From a virus (taxonomy: Duplodnaviria; Caudoviricetes), in the IMG/VR virus record IMGVR_UViG_3300046678_000420, positions 25,948 through 89,947 of that record: 64,000 nucleotides of DNA, one strand, 5' to 3'. Numbering within the stretch: the stretch's first letter is position 1; every line of letters starts with the position of its first letter. Position numbers and translations under genes: made by a program. Of the stretch, positions 37,121 through 45,555 are shown in pieces. The notes beneath the pieces are model-generated. The model worked only from the letters and a program-made list of their open reading frames with translations, was not told the origin of the DNA and did no database searches.

Positions 37121-37432
37121 TTGTCTTACGAGACCGTGATTTCAACGGTGGCAGTCATCGCGGGTGGCCTGGGCATCAGCTCGGGCGCCCGCGCCCGTGT
37201 GAAGGCCGCTGCGCACGTTTCCACCATCGAGGTGTGGCGGGAAGAGGCGGAGGCCCAGAAGGCCCGTGGTGACCGTCTAGAGGCGGGCATGGCGAGTATG
37301 CGCGAGGAGTTCAAGCGCGTTTCTGACGAACTGACCCTAGTCAAGGGCGAACTTGTCCGCCTCACAAAGATGCTTCGGGCTGTAGCTCCGGAGCTGGTTT
37401 CAAACAAGGGGGAGTTTGATGACGACGACTGA
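37121..37432 (+). CDS. Membrane-anchored coiled-coil protein of the lysis region
   Basis: N-terminal TM segment plus coiled coil, directly upstream of the endolysin. Confidence 0.7.
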   Translation: MSYETVISTVAVIAGGLGISSGARARVKAAAHVSTIEVWREEAEAQKARGDRLEAGMASMREEFKRVSDELTLVKGELVRLTKMLRAVAPELVSNKGEFDDDD

Positions 37433-38396
37433 GACTGTTCTCAACGTGGCGCGGGGCCAGGTCGGGACCACTGAGAATTCAGCCGGCGACACGCTTTACA
37501 GCGACTGGTACGGGCTGCCGTCCGAGTCGTGGTGCGACATGTTCGTGTCCTGGGTCGGTAGCACTGCCGGTGCTACGGACATCATCGGCAAGTTCGCGTA
37601 CTGCCCGGCTCACGTGAACTGGTTCAAGGGCCGGGGCCAGTGGGGCTCTGAGCCCCGAGTCGGGGCCGTGGTGTTCTTCGACTGGAATGGGGACGGGGAG
37701 GCCGATCACGTCGGCCTGGTCGAGAAGGTCAACCCGAACGGCTCCATCGGCACGATCGAGGGCAACTCCACGAACCCCAGCGGGGGCCGCTTCGGCGTGT
37801 TCCGGCACACGGAAAGCGCGCCGTACATCCTGGGCTACGGCTACCCGGCATATGACGCTCTGGGCAACGTGACCGCTGGCGGGGCGAAGACCTACACGGT
37901 TCGGAAGGGTGACACTCTCTGGGGTATCGCGGCCGTCCTGGGCGTGTCCCTGTCGGCTCTGCTCGCAGCGAACCCGGGCGAGGCGAAGCACCCGAGCGCG
38001 ATTCAGCCGGGAGACGTTCTCAAGGTTCCTGCGGCCACGGCCCCGGCAACCGCGGGGCCGACTGTAAAGCCTCCGGCCGGCTCTCCGACTCCGACGAAGC
38101 CGACCACTCCGAAGCCTCCGGCTCCCGTGAGCAAGCCTCCGGCATCGGCTCCGCCGACCAGTCCCGCGCACACGCGGGTGCTGTCCTACGGCGCGTCTGG
38201 TGACGACGTCCGGCGCATTCAGCAGTGCCTAGCGGATCGCGGCTACAGCCAGCCTGTCACGGGCTGGTACGGCTCTATCACGACCGCGAACGTCCGCTAC
38301 TTCCTGTCGCTGCGCTCTTGGCTCTGGACCGGGGGCGTAGGCGGTCCGGACGGCGTCGCCGGGCCTCTCACTCAGTCCGAGATCTGCAAGTTCTAA
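37419..38396 (+). CDS. Endolysin: CHAP + LysM + peptidoglycan-binding domain
   Basis: WCDMFVSW, HVGLVE, IEGNS (CHAP); YTVRKGDTLWGIA (LysM); GDDVRRIQQCL. Confidence 0.93.
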   Translation: MTTTETVLNVARGQVGTTENSAGDTLYSDWYGLPSESWCDMFVSWVGSTAGATDIIGKFAYCPAHVNWFKGRGQWGSEPRVGAVVFFDWNGDGEADHVGLVEKVNPNGSIGTIEGNSTNPSGGRFGVFRHTESAPYILGYGYPAYDALGNVTAGGAKTYTVRKGDTLWGIAAVLGVSLSALLAANPGEAKHPSAIQPGDVLKVPAATAPATAGPTVKPPAGSPTPTKPTTPKPPAPVSKPPASAPPTSPAHTRVLSYGASGDDVRRIQQCLADRGYSQPVTGWYGSITTANVRYFLSLRSWLWTGGVGGPDGVAGPLTQSEICKF

Positions 38397-38411
38397 TCCA
38401 AGGGGGAACGC

Positions 38412-38786
38412 ATGAACCTGTCTCTGTTCAAGTTCAAGGCCGCTACTGAGCCGGTCTGGGTAGTTCAGGGCCTGTCGGCCCTGGTGTCGATCGGCTCCGC
38501 TGTCGCGGGTGGGGATGACTGGCGGTCCTACATTCCCGCTCTGCTCACGGCGGCGTCCGCGCCGCTTCTGCGGTCCCGGGTGGTTCCGATTCAGAAGACT
38601 GCCGATCTGCTGAACATCGCCCTTCACACCCCGGCGCCGGGCGGCGGCCCGGTCATCGTCCAGGACGTGAAGGCCACCGTGAAGGACGCGGAGAAGACCA
38701 TCCAGGACGTCATGAAGGCTGCGGCTACGTCGGGCCTGACCGTGTCCACGCCTTCGGGCCCGGCGGTCCTGCCGCCTCAGCACTAA
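38412..38786 (+). CDS. Probable holin
   Basis: Follows the endolysin; TEPV..hydrophobic helices..RSRVVP. Confidence 0.65.
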   Translation: MNLSLFKFKAATEPVWVVQGLSALVSIGSAVAGGDDWRSYIPALLTAASAPLLRSRVVPIQKTADLLNIALHTPAPGGGPVIVQDVKATVKDAEKTIQDVMKAAATSGLTVSTPSGPAVLPPQH

Positions 38787-38832
38787 CCGCGGAACGCTGT
38801 AAAGCGCTCGGCCGGCCTACTGGAAACGGGTA

Positions 38833-38861
38833 GCCCCCTGCCTTCGGGCAGGGGGCCTTTT
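38833..38861 (+). terminator. Late-operon terminator
   Basis: GCCCCCTGCC-TTCG-GGCAGGGGGC followed by a T-run. Confidence 0.85.
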
Positions 38862-38865
38862 GTCG

Positions 38866-38900
38866 TATCTCCCTTGACACGTCGTGCGTCAAATGGGTTA
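38866..38900. promoter_or_regulatory. Dyad TATCTCCCTTGAC-N9-GTCAAATGGGTTA upstream of the integrase operon
   Basis: Inverted pair of the extended TTGAC motif. Confidence 0.55.
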
Positions 38901-38948
38901 CACTTGAGCTTGTTCCCGCAGGTGGCGGGCCTGATTGGAGGTATCCGG

Positions 38949-39131
38949 GTGACCATTCAGCGCCGTATCAACTCGACAGCAGTGGATAGCGACGGCAATG
39001 AGAACACTGCTAGGTTTCGACACGGCGCACGGTCCGGCCCGCACGTTACCTCTTGGACGTGTGCGGCGGAGCCCGACTCCGCCAAATATCGCAGGCTCCT
39101 GGGGCTGCTCTTCGACGTGGACCAGCCGTAA
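38949..39131 (+). CDS. 60-aa hypothetical protein upstream of the integrase
   Basis: GGAGG RBS then GTG; ends AKYRRLLGLLFDVDQP. Confidence 0.55.
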   Translation: MTIQRRINSTAVDSDGNENTARFRHGARSGPHVTSWTCAAEPDSAKYRRLLGLLFDVDQP

Positions 39132-39200
39132 GAGCCTGAACATGGGTGACCCCGGCGGTGCGCTAACACCCCGGGGTCTGGCCAGTCTGGAAGGACTGAC

Positions 39201-41273
39201 ATGACGAACGGTACTCGTTTTCGTGACCCCGGCCTCCGCAACGCGCAACTTCGCGCGGCGGCATACGGGCGGGTGTCTACGGCGGATCAGGTACTCGGCT
39301 ACGGGGTTGCAGATCAAGATCATTCGTTCGACCAGTGGGAGCGCGAGAACCCCACGGCTGCCGTGGTCGGCCGGTTCTATGACCTGGCTGTTAGCGGTGC
39401 GCTCGAAACCCGCGACGAGATGGAAAAGGTCGAAGCGCTCGCCCACGCGAAAAAGGTCAACTGCATCGTTGTCCCCAAGGTGGACCGCATCGGCCGGACC
39501 GTCCGGGCATCCCTTCAGTGGGTTTGGCGAATGCAAGACATCGGCGTTCACTTCATCTCGATTCATGAGCGCATTGACACCAGCGAGCCGTTTGGCATGG
39601 AGCGCTTCATGCGCTATGTCGAGTTCGCCGAGATGGAGTATCAGCGCATCCGTGAGCGCACCATGGGCGGCAAGGAGATTAAGGTAGCCCTTGGGGGCTG
39701 GCCTGGCGGTCCGGCGCCGTATGGCTGTGAGATCGTGGGCAAGGGGCAGCGGGGATCGACTCTTGGCCCCTGCGCTGCCGAGATCACCGTCTTGGAAGAG
39801 GCCGTCTCCCTGCTGGTGGACGAGGGGTTTACCTACGGCCAGACGGCCACGGCGCTGAACTCGCTGGGCCTCTTCAATCGGTCCGGCGGGCCATGGGACG
39901 GGGCGAACCTTCATCTGCGACTGCGGCACACCGCCCTTGACGGCTACGTGACGTACCGCAAGACCACCGGGTACGGCGCGAACAAGACAAAGGTGTGGGA
40001 AGACGGAACGCCGGTCTACGGCGAGTCGATACAGATCCCCGTCCCGCAGATGCTTCCGGCCGAGAGGGTTACGGCGCTCAGGGCAGCCATGAAGCGCCTG
40101 GAGCCGAAGAACGCTCGGCGCCCGAACGAGCAATACCCGCTGTCGAAGCGCATCCATGGCTCATGCGGCCACGTGTACGTGGGCAACATGGCGCGGGCAA
40201 GCTACAACAAGCGTGGATACGTGTGCCAAGGAGGGCTCGCCTTCTACGTGAAGAACAAGGAAGAGCGCTGCAATGACGGACGGCTCGACGCTGACGCTGT
40301 TGAGCAAGCCGTGTGGGAACAGGTCGTCAAGCTCCTGGGCGACGACAAGCGGCTTCGCGCCCTCGCCCAAGACTGGATAGCTGCGCTGCCCGGGAACCGG
40401 GAGAAGTACCAGGAACGCGAAGCGTCCCTGATGAAGCAGGTTAAGAAGCAGAAGGATCTTATTGAGCGGCAGGTCATCGACTACGTGAAACAGGGCGTCG
40501 ATGCAGAGATTATGGCTGCCGCAACCAAGACGCTGAAGAAAGAGCTTGCGGACATGGAGACGCAGCTTGCTGAGGCTCAGCACTGGCTTCAGCAGAATGA
40601 GCAGGCCACCGGGCAGATTGAACGCATCAGCGCCCTAGCGTCTGGCGCTGCGGGCCGCCTGCTGTCGATGGAGCGGCCCGAGCGGGCCGAGATCATCGCC
40701 ATGTTTGACGTCGAGGTCACCCCGCAGGATCACCGGGTGATGGTGGACAACGGCGGGAACAAGGGCGAAGCCGTGGACTGGCACTTGAAGACCGGAAGCC
40801 TTATCCCCGCAGAGGTGTCTGAGGAGGAGTGGCCGGAGGTCGAGGCGTTCTTGTCCCAGTGTGGAAGCATGCCCAATCTCCGGGGAGGGTCGCACCCGCG
40901 ATTGGTCGTGAACGGAATCCTGCTGAAGCTTCGCACAGGCATCGCCTGGCGTGACCTCCCCGAGGAGTACGGGTTTTGGCGGAAGGTGCAACGCTGGCAA
41001 TTCGATTGGATGAAGCGCGGCACCTGGCCCGAACTGGTGGCGCTTCTGAATGAGCGGGGAGGCGGTAGCCCTATCTACCGGGTGCCGCTGGTTCCGCCGC
41101 TCGTCATCACGGGGAAGCTGTTCGCGGACCTCATCACGTCCCTGGACGCTGTGCCGGCCGAGAGCTTTAAAGCGGAGAACGGAGTGGGACACGCCCCGTA
41201 TGGGCTAACCGGCCTCTCCAGCCCAGTTACGTCATACGGTCCGTGTACCTTTAGCCTCACCTACACCGGCTGA
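39201..41273 (+). CDS. int: Large serine integrase with an IS5-transposase-N-terminus-like (DUF4096) insertion
   Basis: AYGRVS catalytic motif, VPKVDRIGR, GGWPGGPAPYG, zinc ribbon and coiled coil; extra SEEEWPEV..NGILLKLRTGIAWRDLPEEYGFW..W..GTW segment. Confidence 0.93.
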   Translation: MTNGTRFRDPGLRNAQLRAAAYGRVSTADQVLGYGVADQDHSFDQWERENPTAAVVGRFYDLAVSGALETRDEMEKVEALAHAKKVNCIVVPKVDRIGRTVRASLQWVWRMQDIGVHFISIHERIDTSEPFGMERFMRYVEFAEMEYQRIRERTMGGKEIKVALGGWPGGPAPYGCEIVGKGQRGSTLGPCAAEITVLEEAVSLLVDEGFTYGQTATALNSLGLFNRSGGPWDGANLHLRLRHTALDGYVTYRKTTGYGANKTKVWEDGTPVYGESIQIPVPQMLPAERVTALRAAMKRLEPKNARRPNEQYPLSKRIHGSCGHVYVGNMARASYNKRGYVCQGGLAFYVKNKEERCNDGRLDADAVEQAVWEQVVKLLGDDKRLRALAQDWIAALPGNREKYQEREASLMKQVKKQKDLIERQVIDYVKQGVDAEIMAAATKTLKKELADMETQLAEAQHWLQQNEQATGQIERISALASGAAGRLLSMERPERAEIIAMFDVEVTPQDHRVMVDNGGNKGEAVDWHLKTGSLIPAEVSEEEWPEVEAFLSQCGSMPNLRGGSHPRLVVNGILLKLRTGIAWRDLPEEYGFWRKVQRWQFDWMKRGTWPELVALLNERGGGSPIYRVPLVPPLVITGKLFADLITSLDAVPAESFKAENGVGHAPYGLTGLSSPVTSYGPCTFSLTYTG

Positions 41274-41339
41274 CCTGCTCTAAGGCGGCTCTGCGCGTGT
41301 CCTCAGGGCCGTCTCAGCGACACCAATTATTCTGACGCC

Positions 41340-41714
41340 ATGGATGAGAACCGTGCCCGCCGCGTCGTGGATGCCCTCCGCGAACGCGGCGTGGACGCAC
41401 ACATGGCGAAGGTGAGCGTCTACCAGTTCGGCGTGCGCGTGATGCTCCCCGATGGTCGGCAAGCAGAGTGGGATACAGACAACACCGTCGCGCTAGAAGC
41501 GCAGGTGCTTCGGGATGGGGTATTGGTGGGCTTCGTCCCCACGCTCCCGGGCTCCGAGGACTTCGACGAACAGCAGACCATCGACGCGATTCTGACCACG
41601 GACTATGACCAGCCGATAGCGACTCGTCGGACTGCGCCGCTGCCGCCCCTGAAGCCGCTGCCGCGCGAGGGCGGCGTGTTCCGCCGGTTCCTCGAAGGGT
41701 TCCGGGAGCGCTAG
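41340..41714 (+). CDS. Conserved streptomycete-type hypothetical protein at the unit 1/unit 2 junction
   Basis: Host-like GC3 bias; TATTCT 6 nt before ATG (leaderless-type). The resemblance to Streptomyces core hypotheticals is recalled, not searched. Confidence 0.7.
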   Translation: MDENRARRVVDALRERGVDAHMAKVSVYQFGVRVMLPDGRQAEWDTDNTVALEAQVLRDGVLVGFVPTLPGSEDFDEQQTIDAILTTDYDQPIATRRTAPLPPLKPLPREGGVFRRFLEGFRER

Positions 41715-41839
41715 CCGCTTTACAGCGCATGGCCGGCACGGTGCCCTACCCTCTCATGGTCTGCTCACACTGTTTTGCCGATCCTTTACTGAGCGGATTC
41801 GAGGGGTGCTCCGTGGTATTGACGGGGCGTCCTTGGTTC

Positions 41840-41855
41840 TAGAACGCGCGTTCGA
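41840..41855. promoter_or_regulatory. Putative LexA (SOS) box
   Basis: TAGAAC-GCGC-GTTCGA against the actinobacterial consensus TCGAAC-N4-GTTCGA (1 mismatch). Confidence 0.55.
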
Positions 41856-42103
41856 ACTCATTAGTTCTGACGTGCAACGAACCCAGTCGCTCGGCCCGCT
41901 GGTTTATTTGCTACAGCGTGTAATAGTTGCCCCCCGTAAACGCAGGACCCTTATAGATTTAATGAGCATAACCCCCTTGACCTGCGGCGTAAGGCAACGC
42001 TTTAGATTTAGGCTCGCTTGTCAAGGGAGATAGGATCGCTTAGAGTAATCCCCATGCGGTCGGCAAACCGGCCCGCGCGGCCCGCAGGGGGCATGACTAT
42101 TGG

Positions 42104-42607
42104 TTGGATGGGACATCGGTAGCCATGGGAACCGAACGAGTGATCAAGGCTTCTAATGCCGAGATCGCGGCGCAGCTTGAGGCCGGTAAGACCACGGCCG
42201 AACTCGCCGAGAAATACGGTGTGCAGCCTCAGTCGATCAGACGTGTCGCCCGGCTGGCCGGATGGGGCCCTGGGCGTGCCGCCAGCACTCGCGTGCTGCC
42301 CTGGCAGGGCATCGGCCCGGCCGCTCACTCGCCCGCTGCGAGGGGTCTCCGTGCGGCGCTCCGCGTTGAGGCTGTAGCCGAAGAGCAGGAGATCAGCCGC
42401 GAGGAGGCGGCAGAGCTGGAGCTGAAGGGCCGCAACCTGGTCACCTTCCGGAACTGGAAGGCGGAGCGGGACGCCACGGACACTGTCGTCATGCTTGACC
42501 GGGACCTTGGTCCCGACCCCGGCAACCCGGCGTCGCCGGAGCATGGGCTCCTGTACTACGCCAAAAGGCGGCAGGACACGCCCAAGGATCAGTATTACCA
42601 GCTGTAA
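42104..42607 (+). CDS. Immunity repressor, L5 gp71-like
   Basis: EI..L..G...ELAEKYGV..Q HTH, then LPW..HS..LR, VVMLD..P.PG, G.LYY..R..D, matching the recalled gp71-family pattern; start may be 42125. Confidence 0.78.
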   Translation: MDGTSVAMGTERVIKASNAEIAAQLEAGKTTAELAEKYGVQPQSIRRVARLAGWGPGRAASTRVLPWQGIGPAAHSPAARGLRAALRVEAVAEEQEISREEAAELELKGRNLVTFRNWKAERDATDTVVMLDRDLGPDPGNPASPEHGLLYYAKRRQDTPKDQYYQL

Positions 42608-42627
42608 CCAGTAAGTCAGCGAAAAGT

Positions 42628-42660
42628 AAGGGTGCCCGCGTGGAGCGGGTGCCCTTTTTT
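42628..42660 (+). terminator. Terminator after the repressor gene
   Basis: AAGGGTGCCCGC-GTGGA-GCGGGTGCCCTT followed by a T-run. Confidence 0.8.
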
Positions 42661-42879
42661 GTGGGCGCCGGTAGGTAAATTTTGGGTCAACGAAGTGCCT
42701 TGTACAGCTTTGAAGTAAGGCCCTAGGGTGTGGTCCACGGCGGACAGCCGACCCGGCAGGGCTCCAGGTCAGGCAGGAAGTTAGCGCATCGGTACGGCCG
42801 GACCGCGTCCGGAGAACGGAGTCAGTCAGTGGCGGGGACGGCGGTGCAAGCGGACGTAGTTGTGTCCGCATTGGGCGAA

Positions 42880-43158
42880 ATGAAATGCGCCGTATGCGGG
42901 GTGGGTTCGGGCGCAGCCCTAGGCCGCTTTCTCGGTGAGTACCAGCTTCACGTTGACCTCGGCGCGGAAGCGTGGGAGTGGAGCTTTGAACGGTCAACCC
43001 TCATCTTCATAGCCGGTAGCCGCACCCTCGCGGAAAGTAGTTATCGTAACTCGATTGACGCAGGCGTACGAGTGCCCTACTGTTCTACTTGTGCCGCTGA
43101 GACAGCGGCCGACAGAGGGCTTCTACCGGGCACGACGATTGTCGTCTACGCCGAGTAA
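42880..43158 (+). CDS. Hypothetical protein with two CxxC pairs
   Basis: CAVC...CSTC; flanked by terminators; start uncertain. Confidence 0.45.
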   Translation: MKCAVCGVGSGAALGRFLGEYQLHVDLGAEAWEWSFERSTLIFIAGSRTLAESSYRNSIDAGVRVPYCSTCAAETAADRGLLPGTTIVVYAE

Positions 43159-43240
43159 AAGAATTCAGGGCCTCCCGCACTAGCGGGTGGGCCCTTTCTT
43201 GCGCCCTCTGTGTAACTCACTTGACGCAGGGAGGTCACGT

Positions 43241-43549
43241 TTGAGTAAGACGGTTGAGGTTGGGGCCCGGCACGAGTTCAGGTCCGGCGAGTACCCCGAG
43301 GACACTTTCGGCTTCCAGGCGATCACCACGTCAAGCGGTGACGTGGTCCTGGCGCTGTCCCTCACGGAGGGATCAAGCGTCTTCGCCGAAACGTCGATCA
43401 CGCTTCCGCAGCTCGACGAGTTCGCCCGGAGCCTCGCGGCAGCGATCCGCCAGGCAAGAGAGCTGGACGAAGCCAAGCGGTACGGCTGGCTCAACGACTA
43501 CATGCGGTCCGGCATCTTCGAGTTCAAGTCCTCCGAGGACGGGTCCTGA
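43241..43549 (+). CDS. Hypothetical protein
   Basis: GGGAGG RBS then TTG. Confidence 0.65.
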   Translation: MSKTVEVGARHEFRSGEYPEDTFGFQAITTSSGDVVLALSLTEGSSVFAETSITLPQLDEFARSLAAAIRQARELDEAKRYGWLNDYMRSGIFEFKSSEDGS

Positions 43550-44397
43550 CGGCCACACACCGGTCCGTCTCACAGCTCACCACCTGGGCCCGCTGCGGAG
43601 AGTCCTACAGGCTCGAACGAGTCGCTAGGGCCCCGCAGACGCCCGCCGCGTGGACACTCCAGGGCACGGCCGTACACGCGGCCGTAGAAGCCTTCGAGCG
43701 CTCCGGGCGGGTGATCGGTCATGACGGCGCGCTGGAGGTCTACTACGCGGCTTGGGACGCCGGTCTAGCAGAGATGCAGGCCCGGGAGCCCGACATGTCG
43801 AAGTGGCTCACCGGCTCGAAGACGACAGGCTTTACAGATGCTGGCCGGCGCCGCTCGCGCGGAGCCGATCAGGTCATCGGCTACTGCCTTGCTGTCCGGT
43901 CAAGTCCGTTCGTGATCTGGGAGTCCCCAGACGGCCCCGCCGTCGAGTTGGAGTTCCGCATCACGCTCGGTGGCGTCGAAGTCGTCGGCTTCATCGACCA
44001 GGTTCTAGAAGCCCCTGACGGGGGCTTGCATGTGCGAGACCTCAAGACCGGAACCAAGCTTCCCGACAGCCCGCTTCAGCTCGGCGTCTACGCCGAAGCC
44101 ATAGAGCAGCAGTACGGGATTCGCCCCCGCTGGGGCGACTACTTCATGTGCAAGAACAACGCACCGACCAAGCCAGCCGACTTGAGCGGCTACACGGCGG
44201 ACCGTCTGGGCCGCTGGTTCGCGCGGCTGGACCGCGCAGTCAAAGCAGGCGTCTTCATCCCGTCCCCCGGGGACGCCTGCCGAACGTGTGCCGTGGCGCG
44301 CTGGTGCGACGCGGTGGGGGAAGACCGAGACACCTACGGAGGCTCAGACCTTGACCCTGAAGTACAACACGTCTCTGAAGTACGGCCCCGGGCATGA
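43546..44397 (+). CDS. RecB/Cas4-like PD-(D/E)XK exonuclease (probable CTG start)
   Basis: HRSVSQL..W..CGE.YRL, QGTAVH, VELEF..GFIDQV..VRDLKTG..QLGVY, C..C.V..WC. Confidence 0.85.
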   Translation: MTATHRSVSQLTTWARCGESYRLERVARAPQTPAAWTLQGTAVHAAVEAFERSGRVIGHDGALEVYYAAWDAGLAEMQAREPDMSKWLTGSKTTGFTDAGRRRSRGADQVIGYCLAVRSSPFVIWESPDGPAVELEFRITLGGVEVVGFIDQVLEAPDGGLHVRDLKTGTKLPDSPLQLGVYAEAIEQQYGIRPRWGDYFMCKNNAPTKPADLSGYTADRLGRWFARLDRAVKAGVFIPSPGDACRTCAVARWCDAVGEDRDTYGGSDLDPEVQHVSEVRPRA

Positions 44398-44749
44398 CGC
44401 TCCCTGGCTGACCGTCGAGTCCGACAACGAGGAGGAGCTACACGCCGCGTTGGCGTCGCTCGCGGCTCCGGACTCTGACTTCTTCGCTGTGCTCGGCCGT
44501 GCCATCGGCGCGTTCAAGACCGGTGGCGTCCTGGGTGAGGTTCTGGGGGCTCAGGTGCTTCCCCCGGCTCAGGCTTCGGCTGTGCCGGCCGGAGGCTTTA
44601 CAGCTCCCCCCGCGGTTCCGCAGGGTGGCGGTGAGGCGAAGTACTGCGCTCACGGGCTGCGCAACTTCAAGAGCGGCACCAACAAGAACGGCAAGGCGTA
44701 CAGCGGCTATTTCTGCTCGGCGAACCAGTGCCCGCCCGAGTGGGGCTGA
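44351..44749 (+). CDS. Conserved actinophage replication-region protein
   Basis: KYGPGHDAPWLTV and C-terminal CAHG..FKSG..KNGK.Y..YFC..C..W. Confidence 0.7.
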   Translation: MTLKYNTSLKYGPGHDAPWLTVESDNEEELHAALASLAAPDSDFFAVLGRAIGAFKTGGVLGEVLGAQVLPPAQASAVPAGGFTAPPAVPQGGGEAKYCAHGLRNFKSGTNKNGKAYSGYFCSANQCPPEWG

Positions 44750-44757
44750 TTCGCTGA

Positions 44758-45555
44758 ATGCTGAGTCTTGCCCGCGCACGCTTCACGCGGGGCTCAGCCG
44801 GTGAACCACTTCCCGCAGTCTTCAAGGCCCTCTCCGGCCAAGGTGTCCACTTCCGCCAGGGGCAGCTAGCGCTCATCGCGGCTGCCCCCGGTGTGGGCAA
44901 ATCCCTGCTCTCCCTCACGCTCGCTATCCGGGCCGGTCTGCCATGCCTGTACTTCTCGGCGGACACGGACCAGGCCACCATGACTATTCGCGCTGCCGCG
45001 ATGGTCTCGGGCTGGACGACGTGGGACATAGAGCAGGCCCTAGACGCGGGAATGACGGAAACGCTTGATGTGCAGCTACACAAGTGGTCGCACATTCAGT
45101 TTGACTTCAAGGCGTCGCCCACGGCGACGGACGTCGAAGAGGAACTGAAAGCGTTCCGTCAGGTTTACGGCGACTGGCCCTCACTCATCGTTGTTGACAA
45201 CATCTCGAATCTCGACAACGAGCTGAACACGGATGGTTTCCAATCCCTTGAAGGGACCTGTGACTTTCTGCATGAGCTGGCCCGGGAAACCGGCGCTTGT
45301 GTGGTCGGTCTTCACCATGTGACAGGCGACTTTGACGACGGCACTAAGCCCCCGTCTCTGTCGTCTCTCCGGGGCAAGGTGTCGAAGGTCCCGGAGTTGG
45401 TCTTGGCGCTTCACCGCATCGGCGGAGATTCCTTCGAGGGCTCTCGGTCTATCGGTGTGAGCCCGGTGAAAAACCGGACCGGAAAGTCTGACCCCTCCGG
45501 CGGATGGTTCCTTCCGCTGGCTGTCGATCTCGAACGAATGGCGGTGACCGGATGA
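44758..45555 (+). CDS. DnaB/RecA-like helicase (unit 2)
   Basis: AAPGVGKS Walker A; homolog of 1-778. Confidence 0.88.
   Translation: MLSLARARFTRGSAGEPLPAVFKALSGQGVHFRQGQLALIAAAPGVGKSLLSLTLAIRAGLPCLYFSADTDQATMTIRAAAMVSGWTTWDIEQALDAGMTETLDVQLHKWSHIQFDFKASPTATDVEEELKAFRQVYGDWPSLIVVDNISNLDNELNTDGFQSLEGTCDFLHELARETGACVVGLHHVTGDFDDGTKPPSLSSLRGKVSKVPELVLALHRIGGDSFEGSRSIGVSPVKNRTGKSDPSGGWFLPLAVDLERMAVTG

Larger units (their letters stand above)
1..41273. mobile_element. Temperate siphovirus prophage, unit 1 (left part lies outside the window)
   Basis: Continuous phage gene order: replication, accessory, HNH-terS-terL-portal-protease-capsid, tail, lysis, serine integrase. The right boundary (att) was not located exactly. 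Confidence 0.93.

Noticed and set aside
40812-41050. Possible IS5 insertion sequence inside int
   Set aside because: There is no DDE domain, inverted repeats or target duplication, and the integrase frame is intact; reported instead as a fused domain.
41203-41256. GGCTAA...TTAGCC inverted repeat as a candidate att site
   Set aside because: Only the outer 6 bp pair, which is too weak; the att sites remain unlocated.
41806-42033. 75-aa ORF upstream of the repressor
   Set aside because: It is an AT-rich regulatory-looking region with no RBS and atypical codons.
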